Source: Tubulanus polymorphus (taxonomy: Eukaryota > Animalia > Nemertea). From it: a DNA stretch of 64,000 nt. The translations under genes and the position numbers were made by a program. Positions 39,393-52,520 of this stretch are shown here, one piece after another. Under the pieces are notes generated by a model that was given only the letters and a program-made list of their open reading frames with translations, did not search any database and was not told the origin of the DNA. The DNA lies in assembly GCF_964204645.1 (NCBI RefSeq), contig NC_134036.1, positions 3,720,001 to 3,784,000 on the forward strand, in the 5' to 3' direction. Numbering within the stretch: position 1 is the first letter of the stretch; every line of letters begins with the position of its first letter.

Positions 39393-41809
39393 ACACACCC
39401 AACCTGCAGGGGAACTCCTATTTATCCATTGCTTAAGCACATTTTGGTAAAAAAAATGGTGCCATCTACCGGGCGAGACAGGAACTAGTCCCATCTCAAC
39501 CCGGTAGATGGCAGAACTAAGAGAGGGATTGGGGTTTTCGCCCAACATGGCGAACAGACCGTTCCGTGCTTACTCATGCGTGACGACCAGCGTGAGAGAG
39601 AAGAAGTAAGAGGAGAAAGAAACGAAGATACAAGTAGAGAGTAGAGAGGGAGAGATGAGTGAAAGAGACTAGCGATGAGTGAGAGAGACAAGTGCGAGAT
39701 TAAGAAATGAAGAGACAACAGAAAGATTTAGTGATTGAAATTCATTGGAAATTAATCTTAGCAGGGATCTTATAGGAATGTCAAATCTTTCTGTTGCAGT
39801 GAAACCAGGGAAGCGTAATGAGACATTACACTTCCCTGGTGAAAGATTACGTACAGATGTAGGTTTTACAGTATCAGCGCACACAAGTAATTTCACTTTG
39901 ATATATCACTATATCACTTTGATAACTTAACATCAAAGCTATATTGAAGTGTTCTTGTATCGAAATATTGAATTGTTTCTTATTCGAAGTATGAAACAGT
40001 TTGTGTTTGATCTGTCTGTGTGACGCTGATCCAGTAATTACAAGTTCAAGTATACATAACAATAGCTCATGATTTACAATGAAACCTCCATCATAATTCT
40101 GGACACGATAATTTTTAAACAATTCTATGAGTCTCGGGTGAGATTGTCAAATATCAGAATGGGTGCAGGACCAAAATTTGGTATTTTGATACAAACATGA
40201 TAAGCTATGATGGAGGTCCAATGTTGACATACTACAATACAATAAGAATAAGGCTATATTCACCTGACTGCTTGACTGAATTGGGTGCTGGAAATAGTCC
40301 AATGTTGTTTTTATCCATGATTGCTATTGAATTTCAGTTCATAGTTCAAACACATATATCACATTTAATCCGTTATCAGCACCGCGCAACATAACGTAAG
40401 TCCATGTTGTTAGAAGGTGAATCCTCGAGAGACAGTTTGGTTCACTCCGAGTATTCCGTGAATGTCAAGTCATGTTCAGAGCGACGTCTGAAACTGCTGG
40501 TAAACGCGCGCTTAGAATTCACCGGTTCAAAGTTCGTCGATGAAATGTCCAAGATATCTAATTCTGCCCAAGGTTCTGAAATTAAAAACGAAGAAAAAAA
40601 TTAAGATTAAGTCGAGGCACTTGCCAATGAAACTAAGTTAGAGGGGTCGGACCTGGATGAACAGAAGTTTGAAAAAATGCTTTCGTTGGAATCTTTGGTC
40701 TGGTCTTTAAGACCCCCATAAGTGGTCTTAATGTGCAGAGATTTAAGGCTTTACCGAACCGATCACTGTACTTACTTATTTTGTCCTTTCCGACACAAAC
40801 CAATCGCATCCCTGCTTTCTGGCCAACACATCAGAAAGCTGATGAAGGTGCAGCAATCGAAGTAGAATAAATAAAGCACTCGAATCATTTCGAATTTTCT
40901 TCAGTTTACTGTGACCATCGAGGTAATCGGCAGGGAGGACTTTGAAAGAAAAAGCGGTTAAAATAAAATACAGAATCTTGGATTGAAATTAGAAAAAAAA
41001 CAGAATTTGGTCCAATTACTTACTCTGCAGCAATAGACATGGCAATAGACAATAGACGTGTTCCACAACACAAAACAAGCGACCCTGTTTCAGTTCCACA
41101 TTTCATGGCTCTTCCAATCGTGCAGACCTACTGATTAGATGACCGTCATTTCACCGTGACCAATTCGAATTTTTTTACGATGAAAATCCTGGTTTTTGAG
41201 TCGTCCAAACGTTTACCGCCGGCAATCGAAACCTGCAAACTGATAAACAAAAGCCTGATACGCTACATACGAGGATGGAAATAGACAAAACAATAAGGTT
41301 TCAAGACATTACTTACTAGATGCGCATGATATTTACTCCGTTCATTTATGGCAATCAATTCTGCCTCCCGTGGTTAACAGAAGCGAGCATCGCTAATTCA
41401 ATCGGAATAGTTGTCTGAAAAATATTTCGAAAAAGCAGCTCATTAAGTACAAAATGAAAACTAAACAAAGAAATGAATTCACCGAAAGGCACTGGAATAT
41501 ATGAGTTCATTATAACGAATCTATACTCAGTGAGCAAATCGGCCAACCGTAACTGAGACGAACTTGGATAGAATTGGATATCAATCAGTTAGATCCATGA
41601 GTTGATATATAGGCGCCTGCATAACGATATGGAGAATTTGGGTTCGAGTCCCGATTATTCCAGCGGCGAAGTGGTTTTTAAGTGTAATGTAAACTTCGGC
41701 AAATATACGAACAGACCTTTAATTTCTACATTGTTTAAGCGATGACGTTATTTAAAATTGGTGAAAAAATATCATTAACACACAACACACTGTCAAAACT
41801 TATTCTATA

Positions 41810-43240
41810 TCGATTTAAACAACAGTTAATGAAATACTGAAGTAACGTCTAATAACGACTCTCCCGCCTCCTGTATAACGGAATATTTCTTACAGTCGTC
41901 TAAAGCTGAACCGGTGAAAAACTTACGCTCGATTTTTTATCCTTATAAATTCATTATGAACACTTTTAAATAGCATCACGTTACTAAAGAAATGATATTC
42001 TAACATTTCGCTACGTTTGCGCGCGTTAAGTTGATGCCTAAAATTGAGTTTCAGTAAAAAGCGCCTCTCGCGGATTTTCCGTGAACTAAAAATGCGCTTC
42101 TCTGATGTTGATAGTTCACGGAAATTCCACCGGTGGCGCTGATCAACTGATTGAACGCTTTCCCGATTAAATAAACGTTTGGAAGTTTAGCGAAAACAAA
42201 CTTAACAATACGCTGAACAATGTGACGCTATTGAAAATTAGTGAGATTAATTCTAAGTCGATTAAAAAATTAACGAAAAATTATGCCTTCTAAAATAATA
42301 ACGAATGTTGAACATTTTCCGCAAAAATCATTCGATAATTTACATCAATTTTGAAACATATTGCGCGAGAAATTTTACTGAACCTAACAATTTCCTAGTT
42401 AAAACCGAAGCTTAAAACAGACAAATGACTTCATATCGATGATGAATAGTCAAAGAAATTGTCATTTGAAGTTTGCATGGCATATATATTTTGATATCCA
42501 ATGAATTTGATTGTTTTTTAAATCCAATGTATTTACTTTAAAAAATGAAATTAGAAATTAGGGGTTAATAAAAAATATTCCATTTACACCAAAATGCATA
42601 CACTTAGAGGTGATTGAAAAATTGATAAGAAAAAAAGAAATGAATTATGTCTAGAGTTTCTGGTAGAAAATATGATATTGAATACGATATTGGCGACGTT
42701 CTTAACGAACTGATACCATCAAAAACTAATTCTTTATCGAATTAAACAATAGTTAATGAAATACAATCGCTACGTCTAGTAACGACTCTCCATTCTCCTG
42801 GCTAATGGAAAATTTCTTACGGTCGTCTAAGACCAGAACCGGTAAAAAACTTACGTACAATTTTTTACCCTTATAAATTGATTACGAACACTTTTAAATA
42901 GCATCACGTTAATTAATTAATCGTATTCTAACATTTCGCTGAGTCTGCGCGCGTTAAGCTGTTCTCTAAACCTGAGTTTCAGATGTTGGTAGTTCACGGG
43001 AATTCCGCCAGTGGCGCTGATCGACTGATTGAACGCTTTCCCGATTGATTAAACGTTTGGAAATTTAGCGAAAACTAATTTTACAATATAATAAACAATG
43101 TGACCCTATTGAAAATCAGTAAAATTAATTCTAAATCCGTGAAAAAAATTACGTAAAAATTCAATCCACGTAAATTGAGAACGAACGTTGGACATTTTCC
43201 GTTGAAATCTACACACCAATTTAGAAATGTTCTTATTAGT
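41810..43240. repeat. Two diverged copies (period ~930 bp) of a partly palindromic MITE-like element
   Basis: 41810-42400 aligns with 42735-43240 (AGTTAATGAAATAC...ACTTTTAAATAGCATCACGTT...AACGCTTTCCCGATT). Copy 1 contains the inverted repeat TTCCGTGAACTA/TAGTTCACGGAA. Confidence 0.7.
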
Positions 43241-45121
43241 TAAAAAGCCCATTCTCTTGAAAACATCATACACACGATTTTGACCCCATGGGACATTAAC
43301 TAATGAACTCATCGACCTAACATCAGTTCCTAATCCCTTAATACTAGCGGTTGGCTTTATTGCTTAAATGAACCAAAACCCGAAAAGTCGTAGAATTAAC
43401 TTTAAAGAAATCAACGCTTACCTTCGTCAGAATCATCTTCCACAAGCTACTTGTTACACCCACATTCATTTCAAACCAGACGACTTTGAAACGAAGACAG
43501 CTTCCTCGCAAAAATTCCATTCCTCGCAATGGTCGAAAGCGTTCTTTGTTTGAATATGTTCTCCTTGTCTGATTTAAGAGTTCAATTTTCACATTATCGC
43601 CACGAACATTAGTCTTAAATTGTGATTGCCCTATTTCGAAAAGGTTCTCGTTAAAGTTTCGTACATGTATCGCGCTGTTCGTCCAGTTAATATGGCGCTG
43701 GTACACAGTTCTATGTACGGCGGTGTCTCAACGACAGTTAGCTGGTGGCTCTCCTGGTCGGTCGGTTAGTTAGTGAACTCATGCGTTCGAACCCCGATTC
43801 GATCAACGATTCCCGATCGCGGTGGTGACCTCGACACGTCACACACGCGCGCGATTGCTCGAGCAGATCCCGCCCGAGTAGAGATTACTTATCCGAGATA
43901 TTCACCCACAAAAACAAGCATCAACGAAACCCCATTAATCGCTATCTACGAAACTAGAAAAATAGCCCGATGCAATGAACTTAATTGACGCATTGTAGTG
44001 ATAGGATATGATCCTGAATATTGGAAATATAGTTGGCTGAAGATTTAAGACCCATTTTCACGAGAATAGTTTCCAACTAGCCTGACGATGATCTCTATAT
44101 AAGGGAGAGTTCGGAACGTCGTGTATTTTCATATATTTCTCGATTCGATGAATTATCCGTTTTTAATACTTTTGATCAGTAAATAGTGGGTTTTTATTAC
44201 ATTGTCTTCTCTCCACGTTTGATCGTGGCTATTCTTTCCAACTCGAGCTTTTTCCTGGATTTATTTCGGCAGGGAATTGCTGGCTGTAAACCACTCGTGA
44301 TAGCCAGCCTTATCAAGCAGCTGCTGGGTTATGTAACCCTATAACGGACGACGTCTCAAATTCAACTTCTTATTTTACGGTGCTTTAAAATATTGTTTAC
44401 ATACGCAAATTTGGGAAAGAAAGAAAGAAGATATCGATTCGAACCATCTTGGACAAAGTAATTTTGATTTTAGTGCTTCGAGCTATACGTTTACCACGAG
44501 TGTTATTATACCTCTAAGCTTCTCGAAGCTTCGTGCGTTTGGGGGAAAAGCGACTATTTTGGCTGCAAGAAGAACCTTACTAGGCCCGGTTTCAGGCGCA
44601 ATGGATTTCGAGCTAGACTTCGATATATGTTGCCGATGTCACCTTGAAGGAAACATATATACAACGTCTTAGGATATCTTCGGTAGTTTTCAATAGAGTT
44701 TTAATAGTTCGCAGTCCTAGACAGGCACGCGCGAAGATGTATATCTTCGATGATATACCGCCGTTGTTTCTTTCAAACTTGATGTCAAAAACTCGGCAAT
44801 TAATCACATAATATACTAGAATTTCTTTCATGAATTCCAATTTTCGATTTATGGATATCGGGGCCCGGCGACGAGAGGATAGTCCAGGGTTGGCGCGTTC
44901 CCGGGAGCATTTCTTTTCAATCCGCAGCGACTGGTTATGGTTTCACAAAGCGCGCGATTGAAAACTCCCGATAAAAGCGAACTGGCTTTTTAAGCCGTAT
45001 TGAAAAAGAAATATAGCCGCACATTCATCCGAAGTTACATGCAAAATGGTCCTTTGAAAATGTACGTCACCTAAAAAGGCTTACAGCTATATAAATAAGT
45101 GAAGTTATGCTTAAATCAGCG

Positions 45122-45327
45122 CTTTGCATTCCATAGAAATAATGATTTTTAACAGTAATAGATGTGACAGCAAAAGTACATGGGCATAAAAATTTGTATT
45201 TATTAGAGTTGGGAAGGTTGAAAATAGGAAATTGATTTGTTATTGTCGCATCGAGACCGTTCGTCCAGGTGCCGAACTTCATTTGCATAAACACGACACT
45301 GAACCCTGCGCAATCTATTATTCATTT
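45122..45327 (+). promoter_or_regulatory. Conserved upstream region shared, inverted, by ShK-like genes C and B
   Basis: Aligns with the reverse complement of 35424-35650 (e.g. TCGTCCAGGTGCCGAACTTCATTTGC, AACCCTGCGCA). Contains the octamer ATTTGCAT. Confidence 0.65.
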
Positions 45328-45490
45328 AGGCAGTCGAATTCTTGACAGGAACATCTCCTCACCATACCTCGGTAAATAACTCTCGACAAGTCGATTCGAA
45401 AAAAGAATTTCTAATTCGTCTTATCTTAGAAAAAAAGTGTCAGTAGTTTTAGGTGTATTCGTTCTTTTGTTTGACAGGATTTCTACGAAA

Positions 45491-46785
45491 ATGGTCGCCC
45501 TGAAAGCCGTCGTTCTGTTGGCTTTGATAGCGCTGGTTTGCGCTCAGCCTAATGGTAAGTGAATCGAAGATAAGAGCGTACGTAATCTTTATTTGACTGA
45601 TATCGATAATTGAATTGACCGGCAAGCAGTCTAGCCCCGATATCTTGATGACGTAGTGCACATCATTTCAAAAATACCCTTATCAAAATTTGGCAAATAT
45701 ATTTGAAATAAGGGTCATGAAATCTATTCAATTACAAAATGAACGCCAAAATCCCGGTGGTATTTTTTATTTCCAAACGCCAATATCGATGACGTAGTGC
45801 GCATCGACTCTCACAGAAACCCTTGAATAGGGCATATTAGGTATCTATGTTTATAGACATTATTGTAACATTTTCTAGGCGTCAAAAATCTCGATACTGT
45901 CAATACAAAAAAAAGAACATTCGTTAACTATTTTCTCTTCTTTCCAATTTTGATCTAGCATTGGAAGATGATTTGCTCGCCATGTTCGTAAAACGTAAGT
46001 TGTAACTTTCTGTCTAAATATATACGTCGTTGAAAAAGTCAGCGGCCAATCTGGGGTTGAAATGAAAAATTCAAGATGCTCCTCTTGAATATTTACTAGT
46101 TCTGACGAAGCCTAAGAGACGGGAGTGTGCTGTATTTCGTTCAGGAATCTGAATGGGCATTTGAATCCACCTCGGCTGACTTTGTGAAGTAGTGTTAAAC
46201 GGAATCTTCGCACACTGTCTAACACACGCGACGTAGCCCCGGCCCAACTTACCGCGAATTACCGAAACATCTACAGACAAACTTAAAATTTTCATTAATA
46301 ATTACAGGTATGGTAGAAAAATCTCAGGAAACATCCAAACGTAAGTTTTGCATTTGCTTCAACGGTTATAGTGTCATGAAGTGAAAAAATATTTTGTTAA
46401 AAATGAAAAATGTTACAAAGCATTCAATATGTTCTGTTAATAACGAACACGGACTCTGGAACTATGGGTAGGCCTAGATCAGTTGGGCGGTGTAAACATC
46501 ATCTAATTACCGCGGGTTAACCTCAACCAACGCTTGAGCGACTTGTCTCAAAATAGTATCACGCCAAAAAATTCTAAATCGTCGACGAAATCGACAAGTT
46601 TCTGATTACGTTTTTCGGTGGTTTTTGCCGCGGTCTATCCGTTTTATAAATCTGTATGATGACGGTTTGAAATATTTACAGGCTCTTGCACGAACGCTAT
46701 CGGAGACCAGGTCTGCGCCGAGCGAAGCTGCGGTGGTAGAATCACCAAAGAAGTTGCGTGTAGAAAAAATTGCGGAGATTGTTAA
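45491..46785 (+). CDS. ShK-toxin-like secreted peptide precursor C (78 aa), divergent paralogue
   Basis: Exons 45491-45554, 45959-45994, 46308-46340 and 46682-46785, phase-1 GTAAGT...AG. Product: MVALKAVVLLALIALVCA-QPNALEDDLLAMFVKR-MVEKSQETSKR-SCTNAIGDQVCAERSCGGRITKEVACRKNCGDC. Confidence 0.92.
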
Positions 46786-47574
46786 ACCTATACACACAAC
46801 TCACGAACTCTGTACTGCACCAATAGCCCTAGATTCAGTCGCACTTCTGAGTTAAGATACGAATCGTCGAAAATGAACTGATTTCAAGAGTAAAACTTTA
46901 ACGCTATACTAACAGGATACAGTTGAAATGAACTGGTTTTAACTCGGAGTTAAGTCTAACTCACGACTGTGGAATCGGACCCAGCGGATTTAAAATCCTC
47001 GAGTCAATATTATTCACTTTTTTGTGGAGCCGGCGTCATAGAATATAATGCCTCCCCTAATTCTTTCCCCAAACAGGTTAGGGTCAGCAGCCCCATCACG
47101 ACCCTCCACTTAATCGGGGAGGGGGGAGGGGGGCGTCCGATTCTATGACATCGGGTCGTAAACGTATATGTAAATCTTTGATTGTTAATTGTCGCTATCT
47201 GTTCTTGTTTGCGTTATTTATAATCTGTACGAATCCTGTCTACTTATTTTCTAGCGGTAGCTTGCGTGGTATCGAAAAATAAAAACTCATCTCGATCCAA
47301 AAATACTCCGCTATCCAAATCGTTTATTGATACTTTCACATTTTCGAAATATTATTTACTACGTTTATCGCTAAATATGCCCCAACAAATAATTGTTACA
47401 TTTTGACAAATTGACTTTTTGTTGTTATAAATCTTTTAAAATGTTATTTTCGTAAGATAATAAAATCGAATTTTAGTGCTGTAGAATTCTGTTTTACTCT
47501 TTTAATGGAATAGTGTTTTAGGTGCCAATGGAGGGGGAGGGGTAGCTTCAGGTGCTCGAGCGCCCTCTTTGGAA

Positions 47575-48015
47575 AATTTCCTTCGTATCGTCATTTTTTC
47601 AACGCGTAAAATTCCACTTTTTGCAACGCAACAACTCAAAGGGCAAGCTACATTTTGAATATGTAAGATGATCAGCAGTAAGCCTAAAAACACTGACGAT
47701 TAGCGGTATGCCTAAGCCACTCATGATACATACAGATGAGACTGATCTTCAGGATTTTCTGGGGTCTGACCGGTAGAGCGAACCAACTTCTGAACCAATT
47801 TCCTTCGTATCGTCATTTTTTCAACGCGTAAAATTCCACTTTTTGCAACGCAACAACTCAAAGGGCAAGCTACATTTTGAATATGTAAGATGATCAGCAG
47901 TAAGCCTAAAAACACTGACGATTAGCGGTATGCCTAAGCCACTCATGATACATACAGATGAGACTGATCTTCAGGATTTTCTGGGGTCTGACCGGTAGAG
48001 CGAACCAACTTCTGA
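47575..48015. repeat. 222-bp near-exact tandem duplication
   Basis: AATTTCCTTCGTATCGTC...GAACCAACTTCTGA starts at 47575 and again at 47797. Confidence 0.95.
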
Positions 48016-49181
48016 TAAAGATGAAATGCATCGGCCCGAGGAACGTTCACGGCTTGTATAGAAAGAACAAAACATTATCCGTATTCAATAAAGAAGTTTC
48101 CAGTTTCTAGGCGCCATTTTGTGGCGGTCCCCCGAGGTCCCCATTGTTGCGATAATTTTCGCTCATTTTTAAAACATAAATTTTGTTTGAATATCATATA
48201 GCTCTGCAGTCCCTTGCTCGATGAACTTAATTGATACACCATTTTAAAGGAAATGAAATGCAGATATTTGCCGGTGATTCTTGGATTTTTCGAACGCAAC
48301 AATGCAGAGCGATGTTGTTCCCGTAATAAAACGCTTTTTTTCTGTCACAGTTTGAAATGCTGAAAATATTTCAAATCGTCCGCTTGCGATATCGCGCAAA
48401 ATCGGACGACACTGAGAGTTGATCGTTCGTACGAATATGAATTCCAAGAATCTCGTCGAACTTGGCTCCATGCCTAACGATCTGATTACGATTGATAAAG
48501 AATTACAGAAAACGCAGCCCCTGGATAGGCCCGGTACAATGAACGTTCGAAATTTCGAAGAATAGTCCATTTTTCTTCTTATATACTATTCATTCAATGG
48601 CGGCGCTTTTTAACAGTGACTTGGATTTCTTTTTTTTCAAATTATATTCGGAAAATCATTTGCATGAATACTAGACGTATTATCATTAGACACAACAGCC
48701 ATTCGGCTGGCTGACACGACAACGAGAAGGTCGGTAGAATATCTTATATCGTTTTACCTTCGAAGTTAAGAATCATTCTCGGGCTTGAGAAAAAATCGTT
48801 TTAATTCGAATTTCACAAATCTTTATTTATCTATCTATCTATTTATTTATTCATCTTTATTTATTTTACGTTCCGAATTCATCGCATTTTACCTCGTCGA
48901 AATAAACAACAGAATTCGAAGCGTTCGAATGATTCCTATAGATTTATATCGATTTGATTCATAATAAGTAACCTAGTTTACGTTTTATTCATTAGTACAA
49001 TAAAATTGAGAAAAATCAACTTATTCTTACGAATTTAGTTTAAGCGAAAATATTTATCGATAATTTTTTTTTTCGAAACGTATCTTAAACATCCTGTTTA
49101 ACTCACTTCAGTTGATTGAATTCGTTCGACTTCGAGAAGAATTTATATATGATTTATACTTCAGAAACCGAAACGAGAAAA

Positions 49182-50183
49182 ATGGTCGCTCTCAAAATCG
49201 TCGTTTTGTTAACTGTGATAGCGCTCGTTTGCGCCCAACCCGATAGTGAGTAATTTATCCGGGCTTTTTTGAAATTTCTAACTAATGTCTGAAAAAATGG
49301 AAAAAAATGGAAAAGTTTCAAATCGTTAAATTGAATATCTATATTCGATTTACTGTTGAGGACCATTTTCTGAATTTGTTTTCTAGATCTGGAAAGTGAT
49401 CTGTTTGAAGTACTCGCCAGACGTAAGTACATTCTCGGTGAACCCGCTCTCCTCGCAGCTGTAGCGGGAGAGCAGCGAGTAGAACAGTCGCAATAGGTTC
49501 TCGGTGAACCCACTCTCCTCGCAGCTGTAGCGGGAGAGCAGCGAGTAGAACAGACGCGATAGGTTCTCGGTGAACCCCCTCTCCACATAACTGTAGCGGG
49601 AGAGCAGCGAGTAGAACAGACGCAATAGGTTCTCGGTGAACCCCCTCTCCACATAACTGTAGCGGGAGAGCAGCGAGTAGAACAGACGCAATAGGTTCTC
49701 GGTGAACCCCCTCTCCACATAACTGTAGCGGGAGAGCAGCGAGTAGAACAGTCGCAATAGGTTCTCGGTGATTACCCTCTCCTCACAGCTGTAGCGGGAG
49801 AGCAGCGAGTAGAACGGACTCAATAGGTTCTCGGTGAACCATCTCTCCTCATAGCCGAAGCGCTTAGAACTAACGCACTCATGTATATCCTTATGAAACG
49901 GACATGATAAAAAACATGTATTCTTTACTTGCAGGTATGTTGGAAAGGGTTGAAGCAGCTAAACGTAAGATCCCATAAATAATATCAACTGAATGATAAT
50001 AGTGACAAATTTAACTCATCAACAGTCTCCGCCGCACCTTGGCACTCGCATTTTCATGACGTCATTTTTATATTTACAGGTGGGTGCACGAATTCGATCG
50101 GTGACGCCTCGTGTGCCAAACTGAGCTGCACGAGCGAAAAACATAAAAATGTCATGTGCAAGAAAAAATGCGGCACGTGTTAG
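49182..50183 (+). CDS. ShK-toxin-like secreted peptide precursor D (77 aa)
   Basis: Exons 49182-49245, 49387-49422, 49935-49964 and 50080-50183, phase-1 GT-AG. Product: MVALKIVVLLTVIALVCA-QPDNLESDLFEVLARR-MLERVEAAKR-GCTNSIGDASCAKLSCTSEKHKNVMCKKKCGTC. Confidence 0.92.
49432..49852. repeat. 66-bp minisatellite (about 6 copies) in intron 2 of gene D
   Basis: TTCTCGGTGAACCC recurs at 49432, 49498, 49564, 49630 and onward. Confidence 0.95.
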
Positions 50184-50334
50184 GACAATAAGAATAGGTA
50201 AATATCGGCAATTTACAGGTTTTACGCTTGATCGCTCGGCCGACCTGGTCAAATGGCAATGGATTTGTGGGATTGATAAAAGCCGGATTGGTTTCCATCT
50301 GGCTAAAAACAAGGCGCGGCCAGACGATCCAGTC

Positions 50335-50875
50335 AAGTACTGAGTAAGAGTTTATGAAATACAGTAGACTCTGTCTCTTACTGCGGTTAAGTTGAGACTG
50401 GTGAAATTCTACCCCGAGTTAGTGCCAAATACTGAGTTTGTGAAATACAGTAGACTCTGTATCTTACCGCGTTTAAGTTGAGACTGGTAAAATTCTACCC
50501 CGAGTTGGTATCAAATACTGAGTGAGAGTTTGTGAAATACGGTAGACTCTGTCTGTTACCGAGGTAAAATTGAGACTGGTGAAATTCTACCCCGAGTTGG
50601 TGCCAAATACTGAGTAAGAGTTTATGAAATACAGTAGACTCTGTCTCTTACAGCGGTAAAGCTGAGACCGGTAAAATTCTACCCCGAGTTAGTGTCAAAT
50701 ACGGAGTAAGAGTTTATGAAATACAGTAGACTCTGTCTCTTACAGCGGTAAAGCTGAGACCGGTAAAATTCTACCTCGAGTTAGTGTCAAATACTGAGTA
50801 AGAGTTTATGAAATACAGTAGACTCTGTCTCTTACCGCAGTAAAGCTGAGACTGGTAACATTCTACCCCGAGTCG
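50335..50875. repeat. ~92-bp minisatellite (about 6 copies) downstream of the gene D stop codon
   Basis: Unit TACTGAGTAAGAGTTTATGAAATACAGTAGACTCTGTCTCTTAC...AAATTCTACCCCGAGTT. Confidence 0.92.
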
Positions 50876-52194
50876 GAGTGAGAAATAGATCGTCTCCCGC
50901 GACCTCTTTAGAAAATGTAGCCTATACTAAAAAACTCGTCTTCACATTTCAGTTTAGACAGTCGGACGCGCATAGATCAACGCTACGCTATACGAAAAAC
51001 TGAATAACGCATTACCCTGTGCTAACGTATTTACAAAGAATTATGAGTCTTGGACAGCGATCGGAAAGGAACAGATATGGCAAAATACAATTCGGACAAA
51101 CTAAACAAATGAAAAACGAAACGTTAGTAGACTTTAAACATATACATGTACCTCGGATAACTTGCGCCAGTTTTATTTCGTCGACGTCGTTTTTGACTTT
51201 AGAAATATATGTGGACACGCTTAGGAAAAATGTATAGCTTTTAAAGCGCTTTCTCGTGTTCTAGATGAGCTTTTTAGAATAAAAGAGAATATATTCTCGA
51301 ACGGTCTTATAGTTATGTGTACAAGTTTTTCTTCGTATGGGACGACGTCGGTTTCTTCGAAAATCGTATCGGCATCGAAAACCGAAGGATAATTTTAGGC
51401 CTGATATTTGGGATACATTTTCAAATGGTTCCATCGCGAATAAAGGACCAAATTAAGGAAATTCATTTCGATAAAAGACTGAGGAAATGAGAGGAAATTT
51501 TTACGAAATATTCGTAATCGCATTACACGTTGACATTATTCAGATGAGCCTCTGCTTTTTTGGACCATGTCGTTTCACGCGAATAAACGACTCCATATTC
51601 ATTTCCACGTAGATTTTAAACACAGCGAAAAGCGCAATAAAAGTAAAAGGTTTAAAGTGAAGTTTCGAAAGCCGATTTCAGGCGAGGACAAATCAGTTCA
51701 ACCCACTGTCCGCGCACGCCCCAAACAATCGTAACTACCGTTGAGTTGAACGTAGATGAATCGCATGAAAATAACTAACAACACTAGATCGTCAACATTC
51801 GTTAAATCATATTCATTTTTATTCTTTTACATAAAGTTTTTGTTTTACATATTATTCTCATTATTTCATTTTCTTCTAAAAACAGTACGACCGGGCAACA
51901 AGCTTCCATATACAAAGTGTCTCGTGTCTTTTTTTCATACTATTTTTTTTTTACCTGGGTCATAATCGCGTACAAAAACAAACAAACAAACAAACAGGAA
52001 AATCTATTCGACGTCGACTCGGAGTCAACTTCAACATTTCGCGTTATTTTTTTCCCCGGTAACGAAACAATGTCGTCGACGAGAAAATTTCTCATCATAA
52101 CAGTTTGATAAATGCCGCCACTTTTTCCATCGCCCGACTGAATTTCGATATATAGAATCGACGGTAAAGGCTTCAATCGACTGAATTCGCGATA

Positions 52195-52520
52195 CGTTAA
52201 CTAGGACCCGGTATAGAGCGAGGATGCCACTTTCGACAAGCTAGGATACAACAGATGTCGCTAGTGTGCGATAGGATATCAACTAGACCTACTGCGGCAA
52301 GTGAGGATCCACCAGCAGCGCTAGCGTGCAAGAGGACATGAACCTAGCCTGCCGCGACAAGCAATGGTCCACCAGGCGTCACGAGCGTGCAGTAGGACAT
52401 CGACTCGGCCTACGGTGGCAAGTGAGGATCCACCAGGTGTCGCTAGTGAACGGTAGGACACAATATCGAAGATCCCACACTGATCCGCCAGGTTCGCTAG
52501 TGTACGCTAGGACAACAAGT
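52195..52520. repeat. Degenerate tandem/dispersed repeat with a CCACCAGGTGTCGCTAGTG core
   Basis: 5-6 variants of GCAAGTGAGGATCCACCAGGTGTCGCTAGTG...TAGGACA. Further copies at 55675-55795, ~60850-60875 and ~61420-61462. Confidence 0.75.

Noticed and set aside
49154-49823. Cys-rich repetitive minus-strand ORFs
   Set aside because: Antisense translations of the 66-bp intronic minisatellite in gene D.
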